Shown here piece by piece: positions 48,585 through 60,954 of a stretch of 64,000 nt of DNA. Numbering within the stretch: the first letter of the stretch is position 1; each line of letters opens with the position of its first letter. The notes under the pieces are model-generated. The model was not told where the DNA came from and searched no databases. It saw only the letters and a list, made by a program, of their open reading frames with translations. The DNA is taken from assembly GCF_018350175.1 (NCBI RefSeq), contig NC_058368.1, forward strand, positions 25,112,001-25,176,000, in the 5' to 3' direction. This DNA comes from Felis catus (Eukaryota). The position numbers and the translations under genes were made by a program.

Positions 48585-49166
48585 CAGACGTGGGTGTCCC
48601 AGGCGTGTGTAGGCTTTGCCTACGTTACAACATAAGCACTGTCGCCCCAGCAGAGTGAGGGCCAATCAGGAAGGAACTTGGGCTCACACTCCGGCTGCAA
48701 TTCGCATACAAGGCTGATCCAACTCCCCCCCAGGTGCTGAAACAACAAAAGACGAAAGGAGACAAAACACACCTAACTCTGCTGTGTTAGTCACAAAGAC
48801 TTGACTAAGCGATCGGAACTAGTCCCCAGATACCCTAGGACACTTGGGTGTGCCGTTCATGAGCCTCTTTTCCGGAACCAGGGAGTGGGCTTAGTGCCCC
48901 CGCCAGCCCCACTCTGGAGAGAGAGTGCCGTCAGGAGCCTAGAATGCCCTCTGCCTGCTCCCGCAGAAATGTGCCGCTGGCATTCCCGGAGACCAGCAAA
49001 CAATGTGGTATGTGCACTTCCTAATCCCTATTTTAATGTCTCCAACAATCTAGTGGTTAATTAGCAATTTGCTGCCCACCAGTATGCAAATGAATGACAA
49101 GCAAAGACCCTCCACATCTGTAATTATTTTGCTGATTTACAAGCCACTTTCCTCTCTGTGTAGGTT

Positions 49167-49170
<4 letters not shown>

Positions 49171-49212
<42 letters not shown>
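49171..49212. repeat. (TG)n microsatellite
   Basis: About 21 TG units. Confidence 0.95.
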
Positions 49213-49213
<1 letters not shown>

Positions 49214-49983
49214 ATTCACGCATCAGGGATTTCATTATTTTTAGCAGCAGATCCCGTGCATCTTTATGCTTTAATATTTTCAGGCTTCAGTAATTACAGT
49301 ATATATATGTATCCCCCCACCTCCCAACTGCAAATGCTTTTATTTGTTAGGGATTCTTTTCTTTGATAAAGCTTGGAAAGTAAGATTTATCAGGGGGCTG
49401 AAATCCAAATCGCAGAGAGCACAAGATTGAAAGATGCACGTTTCCATGCTGCCAAATCCTTATCTGGAATCGGAGTCTTGTAATATTTGATTTTCTCCCA
49501 AGCAGCTCTGGTGCGTCGAGCCACGATCTGCGTTATCCATCTGCCTACTTTGGAGCAGGGCGCTTTACTATTTGGCGGTTTAAATGCTTTACGTTTTTGC
49601 CAGCGCGTTGAGAAAGGCTCTCGTGTTAAATTAAGTCAATTAATAAATGGAGACACATTAAGCAATCAATTTTGTCAGCCTATCTCCCCAGCATTATGTA
49701 TGGTTGGCTGTAATCACAAGATAAATGCAATGTGCTGATCTATGGTAATGTTCAATAATACATTCTCCGCCAGGCTCAATTCATCAGGGAGTTTCGGTAG
49801 GGGAGGCATTTGTTATTGGCTGTCTCTGCACCTCAAGGATAACATTTCTGTCCTTTTGATTGGCCGCCTCACTGCTGCAAGATTCTAACCGTCTTATTTT
49901 GATGATGAATATGAAGGCACGCTAAGCCGGGCTGGAGCGGAGTGTCTCAGAGGCTGTGCTCCTTCCAGAGCCCAAGGACTTAC

Positions 49984-50077
49984 CAGCTTCTGCCCGCTGC
50001 CTTCCTGTGCCAACAACCCCCCCAAAAGTTGTGATGCTTTTCTTTACCCAGTGCTTTGGGGCTGTGTTAGATCTCAT
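49984..50077 (-). CDS. KAZN: First coding exon (partial CDS, phase 1): MRSNTAPKHWVKKSITTFGGVVGTGRQRAEA + 1 nt; probably the long distal-promoter kazrin isoform
   Basis: Seen: ATG at 50077, in-frame TGA 13-15 nt upstream (50092-50090), 31 open codons plus 1 nt, donor CTG|GTAAGT (GT at 49983-49982), position at the edge of a CpG island in TE-free DNA. Gene identity is recalled from the N-terminus of long kazrin isoforms, not searched. Confidence 0.6.
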
Positions 50078-50162
50078 CCACCTCCGCTTTCAGCACTACA
50101 AGGCTAAACGGGTTTTCTCCGCCGCTGGGCAACTTGTCTGCGTTGTAAACCCCACGCACAAC

Positions 50163-50183
50163 CTAAAGGTGAGTTGCTCTCAT
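50163..50183 (-). other. Short upstream ORF (MRATHL*) in the putative 5' UTR
   Basis: Minus strand reads ATG AGA GCA ACT CAC CTT TAG and ends 85 nt before the main ATG. Confidence 0.45.
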
Positions 50184-50717
50184 TTTCTCTTCCCGCGGCT
50201 CGGGTTCCAGTCCTTTCTCCCGGCTGGTCGGTGACCCTCCGCGTGCTCCTGGAGCTCCTGGCAAAGGCTCTCTGGCTAGCGCTAGGACGCGCTTGGTACC
50301 CGGAGGGGTTGCCTCGGCTCCTTCTCGCTTTCTAGGTGTCTCTCGTGCTCTCGGTGACAGCGTGTTGTCTCCCCGACTGGCAGAGCAGCTGGAGTGAGAG
50401 TCCAGTCTCTTTCCCCGGAGCTGTCAGCCTAAGAGCGGGGTCGGAAGGGAGGGTGGCGGAGGGGGAAGGGCGCGTCCTCTTCTAGCTCCCAAATATTTGT
50501 GGGCAAGCGTTCAGGAGACGGGATGTGAAAAGTTACCCAAATTGCACACTGTCCCATGTGTTTGGAAAGGCAGGCAGGCACATGGATCGCGGAAGCCCCC
50601 TTCTGCTGGCTGCCGCTGAAGTGGCCACGGGCGGGGGCGCGCAACCCCCGGGGCCTGACCTGGGAGCGGATGAGGGGGGCTCTCTCTGCAAAGCGGTTTG
50701 CCTTTTGCTCAGACTCG

Positions 50718-50760
50718 GCGTGTGTGTGCATGTGCGTGCGTGTGCGTGTGTGTGTGTGTA
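50718..50760. repeat. Mixed (TG)/(CG) alternating purine-pyrimidine tract in the CpG island
   Basis: 43 bp of uninterrupted R/Y alternation. Confidence 0.9.
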
Positions 50761-53700
50761 AGAGAGAGACTGAAAGATCAGGAGGAGTTAGTCTTTGCTC
50801 CCTGTGAGCTGCTGCGCCCCTTGCGCTGGGGACCGGAGGGGGCGGGATTTGCTCCAGTTGTATAATAATGAATCCGGCTGGGAGCTGCGGGTGTGTGAAT
50901 CACCACCGGCTGCCCGGGGCCGCGTCTGGCGCCACCGCCTCTGCATTTGTGTCTTCGGGCCAAAGCCCTTTACAAGAACAGCCCAAATCTGGGGTCTGGG
51001 AAGACCGCTCCACATCACAGCCGCGACCCACAGGGAAATGAACGAAGAACCGTTGGCTAGGGGTGGTGGGGGCAGAGACAAGACAGGGCAGTAGAGAGTG
51101 GGAGGGTGGGGGGCTCAGCTGAAGTCCCCGATATGAAACTCCGAGCCACCTTGGCTCCGTTTTAAGATAAACGATGAACTCACTGGGAGTTGCTTTCCTG
51201 TCTACCTCACCACGCGCAGGGCTGAGTGACAGGGAGGAGGGCAGGTCTGCAGGGGAGTGCCGGAACAGCCTAGCAGGATCGATCTCTCATCCCGACCACT
51301 GCTCTTGGGTAGGGAAAGCGTTGCTCGTCCCTCATCACTGTATAAACTCCTATAAAGAGTCAGACTCTCCTCGGCCCTGCAGGTCAGGACTGATGGGTGC
51401 CTCTCCCCTCCCGCCACCCCGATTCCGGGAAGTCCCTAGGAGGGACAGCTGCCTGGAGTGCCTGTGGCAGTAGAGGCGGCCAGTCCTGGGCAGAGGGGTG
51501 CTGGACTGCTCCAGGATTGCTACGGTGCACAGACCTAGGAACTAGCTCTCGGAAGTACCCAGTCTGTGACTAGCACCAGCTCCATGAACTGCATTTGCTC
51601 TCTCTGTCCTATGCTCTCTCTTTCTGGCTCTAGCTCTCCTGCCCCTCGTTCCACTGGCTCCTTTTGCATTCGTGGCTTAGTTATACAAATGACAGTCCAC
51701 TGCCAGTCATCCTTGGCAAAGCAAGTGCATGGCGGACATACTAAAACGTGATTCTGAATTCCACGTTACCGCCACTTTGGAGACCGCGTTCAAACGCCCA
51801 TTATTTTGTCGCTTTACATTAGTTACTTCCCCGTGGCAAGACGTTTTGTTTACTTCTGTTTTGCATTTTAATGCCTTTAAAAATTGTGTCTGAGACCAAA
51901 GTTTGCATTTATATGGTTCGCTGGCTGCAGCTGATGATGGGAGGAGGAGACGGCTCAGATCTGGCGTGGGGTGGGGTGGGGTGGGCTGGGGTGAGACGCC
52001 TCTGTGTGTCTTTTTTAGCGAGGTCTGCCTGGACGTTGGTTAGTAAGTAGTCCTGCTGCCCGAAACCCAGGAGTTCAGAGTCAGGGTTGGAGGCTCTGGG
52101 TCAGCTCTGACCAGCTGTGCGCCCTCAAAAGATTCAACCTCTCTGAGCCTTCCCTTGTCCACCTTCGAAATGGACATATGAATGAGTATATCCATGGCTC
52201 TGTGAGGCTAAAAAGAGTTACAAGGGGTGGCCGTGCCTCGTGGCACTCTCCCCCCAAAAGAATTATGTTATGGCACATAATGTGGGGGGTTCCGGTAGGA
52301 ACTTTAAAAGTTGTCACTCAAAGCCTTTAGCCCACTGAGAAACCATATAAGCAGTAACATAAAAATCTCTGACATATGCTTTGGGAGACTATTTTCCATG
52401 GCTCGCTTTTCCGTTCTCACTTGGCTTTTTTAATTTCCCATAAAAAAAACCACTTAGGGATTTTGCCCAGGCAAGCATCCCCGGAGGTAAACAAAGCAAG
52501 TTGAGGGCTGTGAATGCCACCAGGGGGGTCCGGCAGAGAAGACAGGAGTCACAGGGGCTGTGCCAGGCAGAAAGACCTCTACAGCCCAGACCACCTTTGT
52601 GGAGGTCCAGGTGGCCCATCAGGTAAGTTTTACCTGCTTTGCAAACCTGGGGGCTAACAGCCATTTGCAGAGCTTTTGAAGGAACAGTTCGATCGGAGCA
52701 CTGCTGGCCGCTTCACTTACATTAAAAAGTGAGTGAACAAAACCTCAAAGAAAAGGTGCTCCTACTAAGCATGAATTTCCATAGACCGCAGAAATATGTC
52801 TTGGATATACTCAGCTGTGATCTACAGGGAGGAAAAAATTCTTTTTTTAAAGGAAAAAAAAAGGTGGGGGGGCTGTGGCAACGTTAACCCAGAATAGCTA
52901 TTGATCTGTGGTGCTTCCGTGCACTTTGTATGACAGGCTGGGACGTGAAATGGTGACCAAGGACAGAGAGACTGCAACCTCGCTTTCAATCTTCTAGGTT
53001 GTGTGTAGCTACAAAGAGGGCTGGGAAGCCTGTGTTTTTCTTTGTGGAAGCGTTTTTTGCCCTTCGTCCCTTCCCGGGCTTTCCAGAGAATGCTAACAGT
53101 ATTTTAGGACCTGAGGCAAGTGCTGAGTTATAATCAAAATTCACTTACTGAGCAGAGAAAATCGTGTATTTACCATGCTTCCCTAGGTCACCTTCATCCT
53201 CAATCTTATTATGGCGATTACTCAGTAACCTGGGGTTCCTTCAAGCAAGCGGATTCCTTTCCTTCTACATGGGAGGCAGAAGCCTTCCTGGCAATGCAGA
53301 CACCCTGGATGAAGCCACGACACCCCTTAAGCCCACCCTAATTAAAAGGGGGCATTTAGAGAAGCTGTACTGGAACACAGGAGACCAGAACCCGGGGGAC
53401 CTCTGCAGAGGAAGAATCCGTTGCAGCGCCCTCTCCATGGGGCGCAAAGGACACTCTGTGTGTCCCTGTGTCTGTCTCCTTGCACGTATAAGGATTCCAG
53501 ATGATGCCCCCACATTTCTCCTTCCCACTTTATAAAGGGTCACCAGCAAGAAGCCAGCGTTCTTGGCTTGCTGCTGTCTCCGTCTTCATTCACAGAGGTT
53601 ACAGAAATGTGGTCAGCGGGCTTCGGGCCGGCCCGGGTGAGGGCGCCAGCTCCTGGTCCTGACTCGGCACTCCTTTCGCCCTCGTGCTTTTGGCCTGTTT

Positions 53701-54130
53701 CCAAACCAAGAAAGCCTTTCTGCTCTGGCTCCTCTCCCATTGGCACTGGCCACTTCTAGAATGCCCTGTCCTTCCTGGGTAGCCTTCCCCTCTCCCGCCC
53801 TGTCTCTGGAGATGCCAGGGCCCCTCTAGGGCCAGTCCTCAGAGCTTTCCAAGCAGACAGTACCTGAGCTGAGGCTGGCTGGACGACTTCCTCCTCTTAA
53901 CCACAGCCCTTGATAAACTGGTTTCGGAAAGACCAGCAGAGAGCTTTCTGGCAAACTTCTGAAGGCCCTGGCCGGTACCAAAGTCCCTGCTGAATACCCC
54001 AGTGCCCTCACCAGCATCTAGAACAGAGGGTGTAACGTCCCCGCCTGTCCTGGAAGGCCACTCATACCTCCATCTAGCTGGTCCTAAACCTCTTTATTTT
54101 AACCTGTTAACCTTGGGTTTACAGACTGAA

Positions 54131-54132
<2 letters not shown>

Positions 54133-54168
<36 letters not shown>

Positions 54169-54172
54169 GCAC
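54133..54172. repeat. (CA)n microsatellite with CACG tail
   Basis: Direct reading. Confidence 0.95.
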
Positions 54173-55478
54173 GAGATGGGAGGGGCGTATGGGACAATGA
54201 TGGCTTTAATTTCAGGGCCTAACACTGCGTCTAAAATCTGGGCATTTCAGCACCATTACCTGAAGCATCCACACGCCTTTTATTTCTAAGACTAACCTGA
54301 GCCGGTGTGGATGAATGTGTGTTGAGTGACAGGTGATGGGGGGTGGGGGGGGGACTGCAAGGCGGAGGAGGGGGATCACCAAAGGAGGGGACCGAGGAGA
54401 TATGTGTGGCAAAGCCAGACATCACCTCTCCTGTTTGTGGGTAATCTTTGGAAATCCCGGTCTCACCCTGGGGCTTTCCCTAACTCTGCCTGACACGGCT
54501 CGGCACGCGGCCGAATGAGAGCTAAAGACCTGAACATTGTTTTTAGGGATTTAGAGGCGGCCTTTGGAGCGTTCAGCCTGAATACCTGTTTTGAAGCACT
54601 TGAAGGCTTCCGCCAAGACTGGTTAATAGCCAGAGCGCGGGTTACCCGGCTCTGGTTGACATAACCCACCCCCGAGGAACCCCGGGCCCCATCCTCTGGA
54701 AGTGTCACCATCTTCCTTTTGCTGGCCTCTCTTGTGCCTCCGCACAGTTCATTAGCACCTTGGAGGGGCCCGGAGAGGATAAGAGAGGAGCTGAAACTGG
54801 TGGGGGTCGCTCTCTGGGCCTTATTCTAAAAGCTCCCCGTGCAGACTCTTCCAGCCCTCGGGTTCCCGTGGATATTGTAGGACACTCAACTCCACGGGCA
54901 CCGAGCGGCTGGGCAGCTTTTCTGGTTAATGGTGATTGCAAACGAGGCTCCCGAGTCCCATAAGTAAAGGCCCGGGGCCCCGAGCAGTCATTTGGCGAGC
55001 TGGTGATGGAGTTGCAGGGAGGCCGAAGCTGGCACCGAGGCGAGGTGAGCCGATTACCTCTGTCCCCCACGTATCCAGAGGCGCCAGAGCAGATTTCGTG
55101 TAACTCTCTTAACCACGGTCCCTGGAGCTGCAGACTGTGACAGAAATGAGAAAACCGGTACTGCAAGCTTTCCTTGAAGCCCACAGAGAGGTCAGAGCTA
55201 TTTGGATGACTTCCCCAGGGTGAGGCAGAGTATTTTTCTAGCAATTAACAATGGGGGGGGGGGGGCAGGGAATAACCGTCTGTGAAGGTATTTTACCCTG
55301 AAAGTCATCTTGAATCAAATAGCTCTGTTTCTCAAAGGCGAAAGTTGACCTGTTTAGATGCTAATTGTTACCACGGAAGGGGTCAGTCTGGGGAATGGAG
55401 ACCTGTCCTCCACGGGGGCCTGGGAATGACAGGGAATGACAGAGAGTCATTAAATGAAATGGAAGGTCAAACCTTCGT

Positions 55479-55541
55479 TTTTTTAAAGTTCGTTTGAGAG
55501 AGAGAGAGAGAGAACGAGAGTGCACACATGAGCTGGAGAGG

Positions 55542-55588
<47 letters not shown>

Positions 55589-55727
55589 AGAGAGAATCCC
55601 AAGCAGGCTCCCTCCCCACTGTCGGCACAGAGCCAGATGCGGGACTCGAACTCACCAACCGTGAGATCGTGACCTGAGCTGAAACCAAGAGTTGGACGCT
55701 TAACCGACTGAGCCACCCAGGTGCCCC
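55479..55727 (-). mobile_element. Carnivore SINE with long (GA)n
   Basis: Reverse SINE ending ctgagccacccaggtgcccc. Confidence 0.9.
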
Positions 55728-55780
55728 TAAAGCTTCTTATTTGATAGTTGAGGAAACTGAGGCCAGGGAGGGGGAAGTGA

Positions 55781-56258
55781 TGTACATCCGTTTCCCAGCA
55801 TTGCTGTAACACACTGCCACAAACTGGGGGCTTAAACGGAAACGCATTCCCTCGCGGTTCGGGAGGTGAGGCGTCCAAAATCAAGGTGTCAGCAGCACCC
55901 TGGCCGCTCTAAGGCTCGCCAGGAAAGACTGCTCCTTGCCTCATCCAGCTTCTGGTGACTCCATGTGTTCCTTGGCTTGTGGCCACATCCCTCCAATGTC
56001 TGCCTCGGTGGTGTCCCACCGTCCCTTTCTCTCCTCCGCGTGTCCTCTCCTCTCTGTGTGGCTATCTTACAAGGATACGTGGGATTGCATTTAAGGCCTC
56101 CCTGGTTCATCCGGGATAAGCTCCTCCTCCCGAGACCCTTAATTCAATCCTACCTTTGGGTCATGTCATATTCACTCTCTTGCCACGTAAAGTGATACTC
56201 AGAGGTTCCAGGGGATGTGAACGTGTCATCGTGTGGGCCGCCATTCAACCCACTACAC
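55781..56258 (-). mobile_element. MaLR LTR (MLT1C/D-like) inserted in a MIR
   Basis: ttgctgtaacacactgccacaaactgggggcttaaa...ccagcttctggtgactcc...ccattcaacccactaca; MIR gaggaaactgaggc immediately to the left. Confidence 0.8.
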
Positions 56259-56599
56259 AACTTTTGCAAATGTCAACCCATCCGGCGACAGAAATGGAAG
56301 CGTTAAGTTACGTCTCCTAATCCCAGACCCACATCCCCTGCGCTGTCCCAGGCTGCCTTGAAGTTAGCCCCCAACGAAATGTCCCTCGTGCAGGTGTGTG
56401 CCGTCAGAGCAGAAAATTACAGGGACCCCCGTCCTGCACCCCATCAGCCCTGGGCCAGTAGTATGACCCCGCGGGTTGCACCACACCTGCATTCTGCGTG
56501 CACATTGTTTTTTGAATCAAGTAGTAAAGAGACACATAGTCAAAAGCATAGCCCTTTACACCCACCAGGTCAATACGGGGAGAAGTAGTGGGTGTCGGG

Positions 56600-56830
56600 G
56601 TGGGAGGAAAAAACACGGGCTTTGGGGGAGCCAGGCCTGAAGTCAAATCCAGAGTGTGCCACGTGTAGACGTGTGACTTCGAACAAATGGTTGAGCCCCC
56701 CGGAGGCTCCATTTCCTCATCTTTAAAAGCGAGAAAACAGTGCCCACCTGCTAGGGTGGCCTTGAGGCTGAACTGAGCGCCTACGAGGAAAATGTCTGCC
56801 GCGGAGGAGAGTCGGTAAATGGCAGCAGTT
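56600..56830 (+). mobile_element. MIR
   Basis: ggagccaggcctgaagtcaaatcc...atttcctcatctttaaaa core. Confidence 0.6.
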
Positions 56831-57675
56831 ACTGTCAACAATGGTCATTACGATGAAAGCACCTCCTTGGAAGCCCGCGTCCACTCCCTGCAGCCCCACC
56901 GGGCTGTCTTTCTCTGCCCTCCCGCCCTCTCTGCAAGCCTCCTGCTTGCTGCTCTTTGGTATTCGTGAATCGCCCTTGGCCTTGAAGGGAATTTTGAGTA
57001 GCACAATTTCTCGCCTTATATAAAAGTAAGATTTGTCCTTAAGGCATCGCTTCCATACAACACTGGATGCTGCCTGGGTCCTGAGGCCGTTCATCCAATG
57101 GGACAGGGCCCGGGTCTCAGGACACAGGTGCCTGTCACGGGACAGGGGCTGATCAGCCGGGTGCCCTGTCATTCACAGAGCCAGGAGGCGTGCAGATACG
57201 TCCCCATCTCCACCCATCCTGAAACGTGCCCCTCGTGACTTATGCATGACGTCTTTTCATTAGCAGCAGCTGAGTAAGCACATGGGTAAGTGGCCCTGTG
57301 AGGGGCATCGGATCCGGAGGGTGTGGATCCGAGCTGGGTGACACCACTGAGAGATTCAGCGGGGCGGGGAGACGTCCGTGCGCAAACGCTGCACGCTCCC
57401 TGGGAGACTGGACGTTCTCTCTCTGCCCTTCGGTTCACTCTGCCTTGAGAAGCAGCCTCCCTCTCAGCAGGGCAAGGATGAAGGGGGGTGTGTGGCTGGG
57501 TCCAGGCTGCAGGCCCCGCAAGGGAGGGGGCGGCAAGAGAGATGCTCTGACCTTTCTGAGCCAGGAAAGAATTCCTGGATCCCACTGTTCTCAGAGAACT
57601 TTCTAAACGTACTAAGCGAGTCCACAGACCTGGGTCTCCCGCCCTCCAGCCTGAGTTTCTAAACGCACACTCACG

Positions 57676-57895
57676 GGGGCACCTGGGTGGCTCAGTCGGT
57701 GAAGCGTCCGACTTCAGCTCAGGTCATGATCTCACGGTCCGTGGGTTCGAGCCCCGCGTCGGGCTCTGGGCTGACGGCTCGGAGCCCGGAGCCTGCTTCG
57801 GATTCTGTGTCTCCCTCTCTCTCTCTCTGCCCCTCCCCCGCTCATGCCCTGTCTCTCTCTGTCTCAAAAATATATAAACATTAAAAAAATTTTTT
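57676..57895 (+). mobile_element. Cat SINE (SINEC_Fc2 type)
   Basis: TSD taaac(g/a)cacactcac. Confidence 0.95.
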
Positions 57896-58179
57896 TAAAC
57901 ACACACTCACTCATGCTCACTCGCACAATCGATGGTAATTCTGAGGATGCCGACCTCTGGGGACCCTGCGTGGTCTCTGAATAGCAGTGCAAGACCACAG
58001 GACGCAAAGCCCAGTGGAGGGGGAGAGCCGACCCCCAGGACTGCGGAAGAAAGAATAAGAGGGAGATGGACAAGACACGTCTCTCCTGTCCAATCTGTGA
58101 CTGACCACTGCAGCCCCAGGAAGGAGGTCAAGGGAGAAAGAAAGAAAGCGTTGGGAAAGAAAGGAGCAACATTCTAGTT

Positions 58180-58370
58180 GAGGCCTTAAAGTACAGACAG
58201 ATCTGGGTTTGTATCCGATGCTGTTCTTCTGTTCCTTGACTAATTTCTCTGGCCTCCCCGAGCCTGAATTTCCTCACCTGTAAAATGATTGTTGCGAGGA
58301 TGGAATAATGTCACGTACGTCAAGTGCTTAGCACAGCACCTAGCCCGTAGTAAGTACTCCATAAGTGGGG
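58180..58370 (+). mobile_element. MIR
   Basis: tttcctcacctgtaaaatg...aagtgcttagcacagcacctagcccgtagtaagtactccataa. Confidence 0.7.
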
Positions 58371-58393
58371 GCTACCATTACGCTTTAAAAAAA

Positions 58394-58602
58394 TTTTTTT
58401 TAACATTTATTTATTTTTGAGAGACACAGACAGAGCATGAGCAGGGGAGGGGCAGAGAGAGAGGGCGTCACAGAATCCGAGGCAGGCTCCAGGCTCCGAG
58501 CTGTCGGCCCAGAGCCCGACGCGGGGCTCGAACCCACGGACCGCGGGATCGTGACCTGAGCCGAAGTGGGACGCTCAACCGAGTGAGCCACCCACGCGCC
58601 CC
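58394..58602 (-). mobile_element. Cat SINE (SINEC_Fc2 type)
   Basis: Full reverse SINE. Confidence 0.9.
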
Positions 58603-60954
58603 AAGGGAGCCATCATTACTCTTAAGCTGTGTCCCGTAGGGATATTACTCGGGGCACAAGAGGTGAGCAAGCTTCTCGTGCCCAACTTGTGTGGGTGACC
58701 GAACTCCTCTTGCTCCAAATGAACGGAGGGAGGGGGCAGCAGTAACGTGACCTGTCTGTCCAGTGGCCAAGATTTTGAAGCACAGTCTGCTCAAGATAAG
58801 AGAGCTAGAGTGATGCTGTAGTTTCAGGTCCTGGTCTGAGAAACAAGGATGATAAAGGGATGAAGGGACTTGCCCAAGGTCAGAGCTGATGACGGGCACA
58901 GCCCACTGCTCTGTGACCCCACACTGCTGGAGGAGGAGAGCGCTGGTTAAGGACACTGCCTCTCTAATAATAGGACCCTGTGGCAATGCTGGATGTCTTC
59001 CCAGGGGGTCCTTGTCCTCAGGACAAGGTGCCAGGTGTAAACCAGCCAGGCAACAGCGGGGCATTAAAAAGGTCAATGTTCCTTGGGTCTCTGGTACTGG
59101 CTCAAATACACAGCAGACGGAAGATGAGGCTCCAAATGGCTTCACCAAAGCCACGAAGCAATAACCCCAGACTTTCAGATAGTAGACGGATCAAGGTCTG
59201 GTACAAAAAGCTACATTTGCATCTTACCCCCGGGCCCCAGGTGAAAATGCCCTCAGAAAGCAGATCTGAAACTAGCCTAATGTTTTTAGCCATCGAACAG
59301 GGTCCTTGGGGCTAAGGGAGAATTATGATCTAACCGGAAATGTCAGTTTGACTTGCAAGATGCCGTATCTCTTAATAATTTCTCGGTCCTTTAATGTATT
59401 TTTAATCACAAATTTGTGATGAGGAGGGAGCTGTGTGCTGCAGGGCTGTCTCCAGCCGAGGCCCCAGGAACTCCAGCTAGGAGAGAGTGGCCTGGGGAAG
59501 GAGCAAGGCTGGGCCTCCCAGCACAAGACTGGAGAATGTCTTCTATGGAGGAGCAAGGTCATTACAGACCACATTTGGAAAGCGAAGAGGGGGTTCGCCG
59601 GGCATTAGGAAGGCAGAACCGCAGGCAGGTCAATAGCAGATTTTGTGAGACTGGCCAGTCAGTCTCATCATCTGCCCAGCTTTGCAGCCAGACACCAGGG
59701 CCCCCCAGATCTAACTCCTACGACCTCACCAAAGGTCAACCAGGAAGGCCAACGCAAGTAGCCACCCGGAACCTCGGGTTTCCTTTCTGTAAGTCCAGGG
59801 TGTATTATGACTTGCACGAAGCTAGGCCAGCTACACATCCTGCAACCATCAGACAATTGTTTTCCGCTGTCGGGTACGCACACAGTGATAACAATAATGA
59901 CAATGACAGCCACACGGTGGCTGCCATTTGTGGAAGGCATGCTATGTCCAGGAACTGTGGGAAATGCGGTGCGTTTAGTTCTTGCCGGGAAATGGTATGC
60001 GATTCTCCTCCTCTGTGCTACAGAATAACAAAGCAGAAAACGCTGGAAGAGCTTGTTCACTGGGGTGGAGCCTTCTTAAACTCAAATCCTGTGCCTTTAA
60101 GCACTTCTTGACATGTCGTCCATTAGTGCTCTTTTCACAACAACTGAGCCAGAGGACGAGGACCGAGTGGACTAGATTTCATTTAAACACGCCGAGGTGG
60201 GATCCTGTCTTATTCACCCTTGTGTATATACGTCAAACACACACGTAGCTGCCCCAGCTCTTGGCGGGCGGTCCTGGGAGGCATTCCCCAGGCTTCTCTG
60301 TGCCGCCTGGTAGAATCAAGCCCCTGTGGCCTACAGCAGTGACTTTCCTCCTTCCTCCTGCTTCCTGGAACCACCTTCCAAATAAACTCCTGCATCCAAA
60401 TCTTTCTCTCAGGCTCTATTTTTGGAGAACCCAAGTTAAGACTATGGATACGCGCGTGCTTTTTAAAATTATTATTATTGGCTGATGTTTATTGAGCACT
60501 TACAAACTGCCAACTGCTGTGCCAAGCGATTTACCTGAATTGCCTGTTTGACCATCCTCAGAACAATGCCATCAGTGTATCCCCAATTCACACAAGAGGA
60601 AACTAAGGCACAGAGAGATTAAGTTACCTGTCCAAGGATGCGTTCAATGAGCAATACAGGTTAGCTGGTGCTTTTAACCTCTATCTAAAGCTGTGTCTCC
60701 CTCTTGATAACACAATTGCTTGTCTGGAAACTTCTACAAAGAGCATAGCCCTCCAAATTCAGATTCAATAAAAACTATGATTTGCATAAGATGCTTCAGA
60801 GGAAACTTTGCAACCACTTTACCTACACGCTCAACTCCAAATTACCGTGCATAAAAGGAAATCTGTGCTCCGTGACCACTTTTGTTTAAAAATGGGTACA
60901 TAGCAAAGGAAACTGGCAAAAAGAAAAAAAAAAGACAAAGAAAAAAGGAAAAAG

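Larger units (their letters stand above)
1..49983 (-). other. Part of the long first intron of the minus-strand gene (continues beyond the window start)
   Basis: Begins GTAAGT at 49983; no convincing next coding exon seen; filled with interspersed repeats. Confidence 0.55.
50110..51480. promoter_or_regulatory. CpG-island promoter / 5' UTR region of the minus-strand gene
   Basis: GC- and CpG-rich, with GC boxes (gggcgg near 50628 and 50840), no transposons, and directly 5' of the ATG exon. The TSS cannot be located from sequence alone. Confidence 0.7.

Noticed and set aside
50089..50105. TTCAGCAC REST/RE1 left half-site next to the start codon (also near 12928 and 54247)
   Set aside because: The GGACAG right half is missing at canonical spacing.
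59416..60111. 231-aa ORF, the longest in the track
   Set aside because: Non-ATG start, no recognisable domain, overlaps MIR-like sequence, no exon signals; expected by chance in GC-rich DNA.
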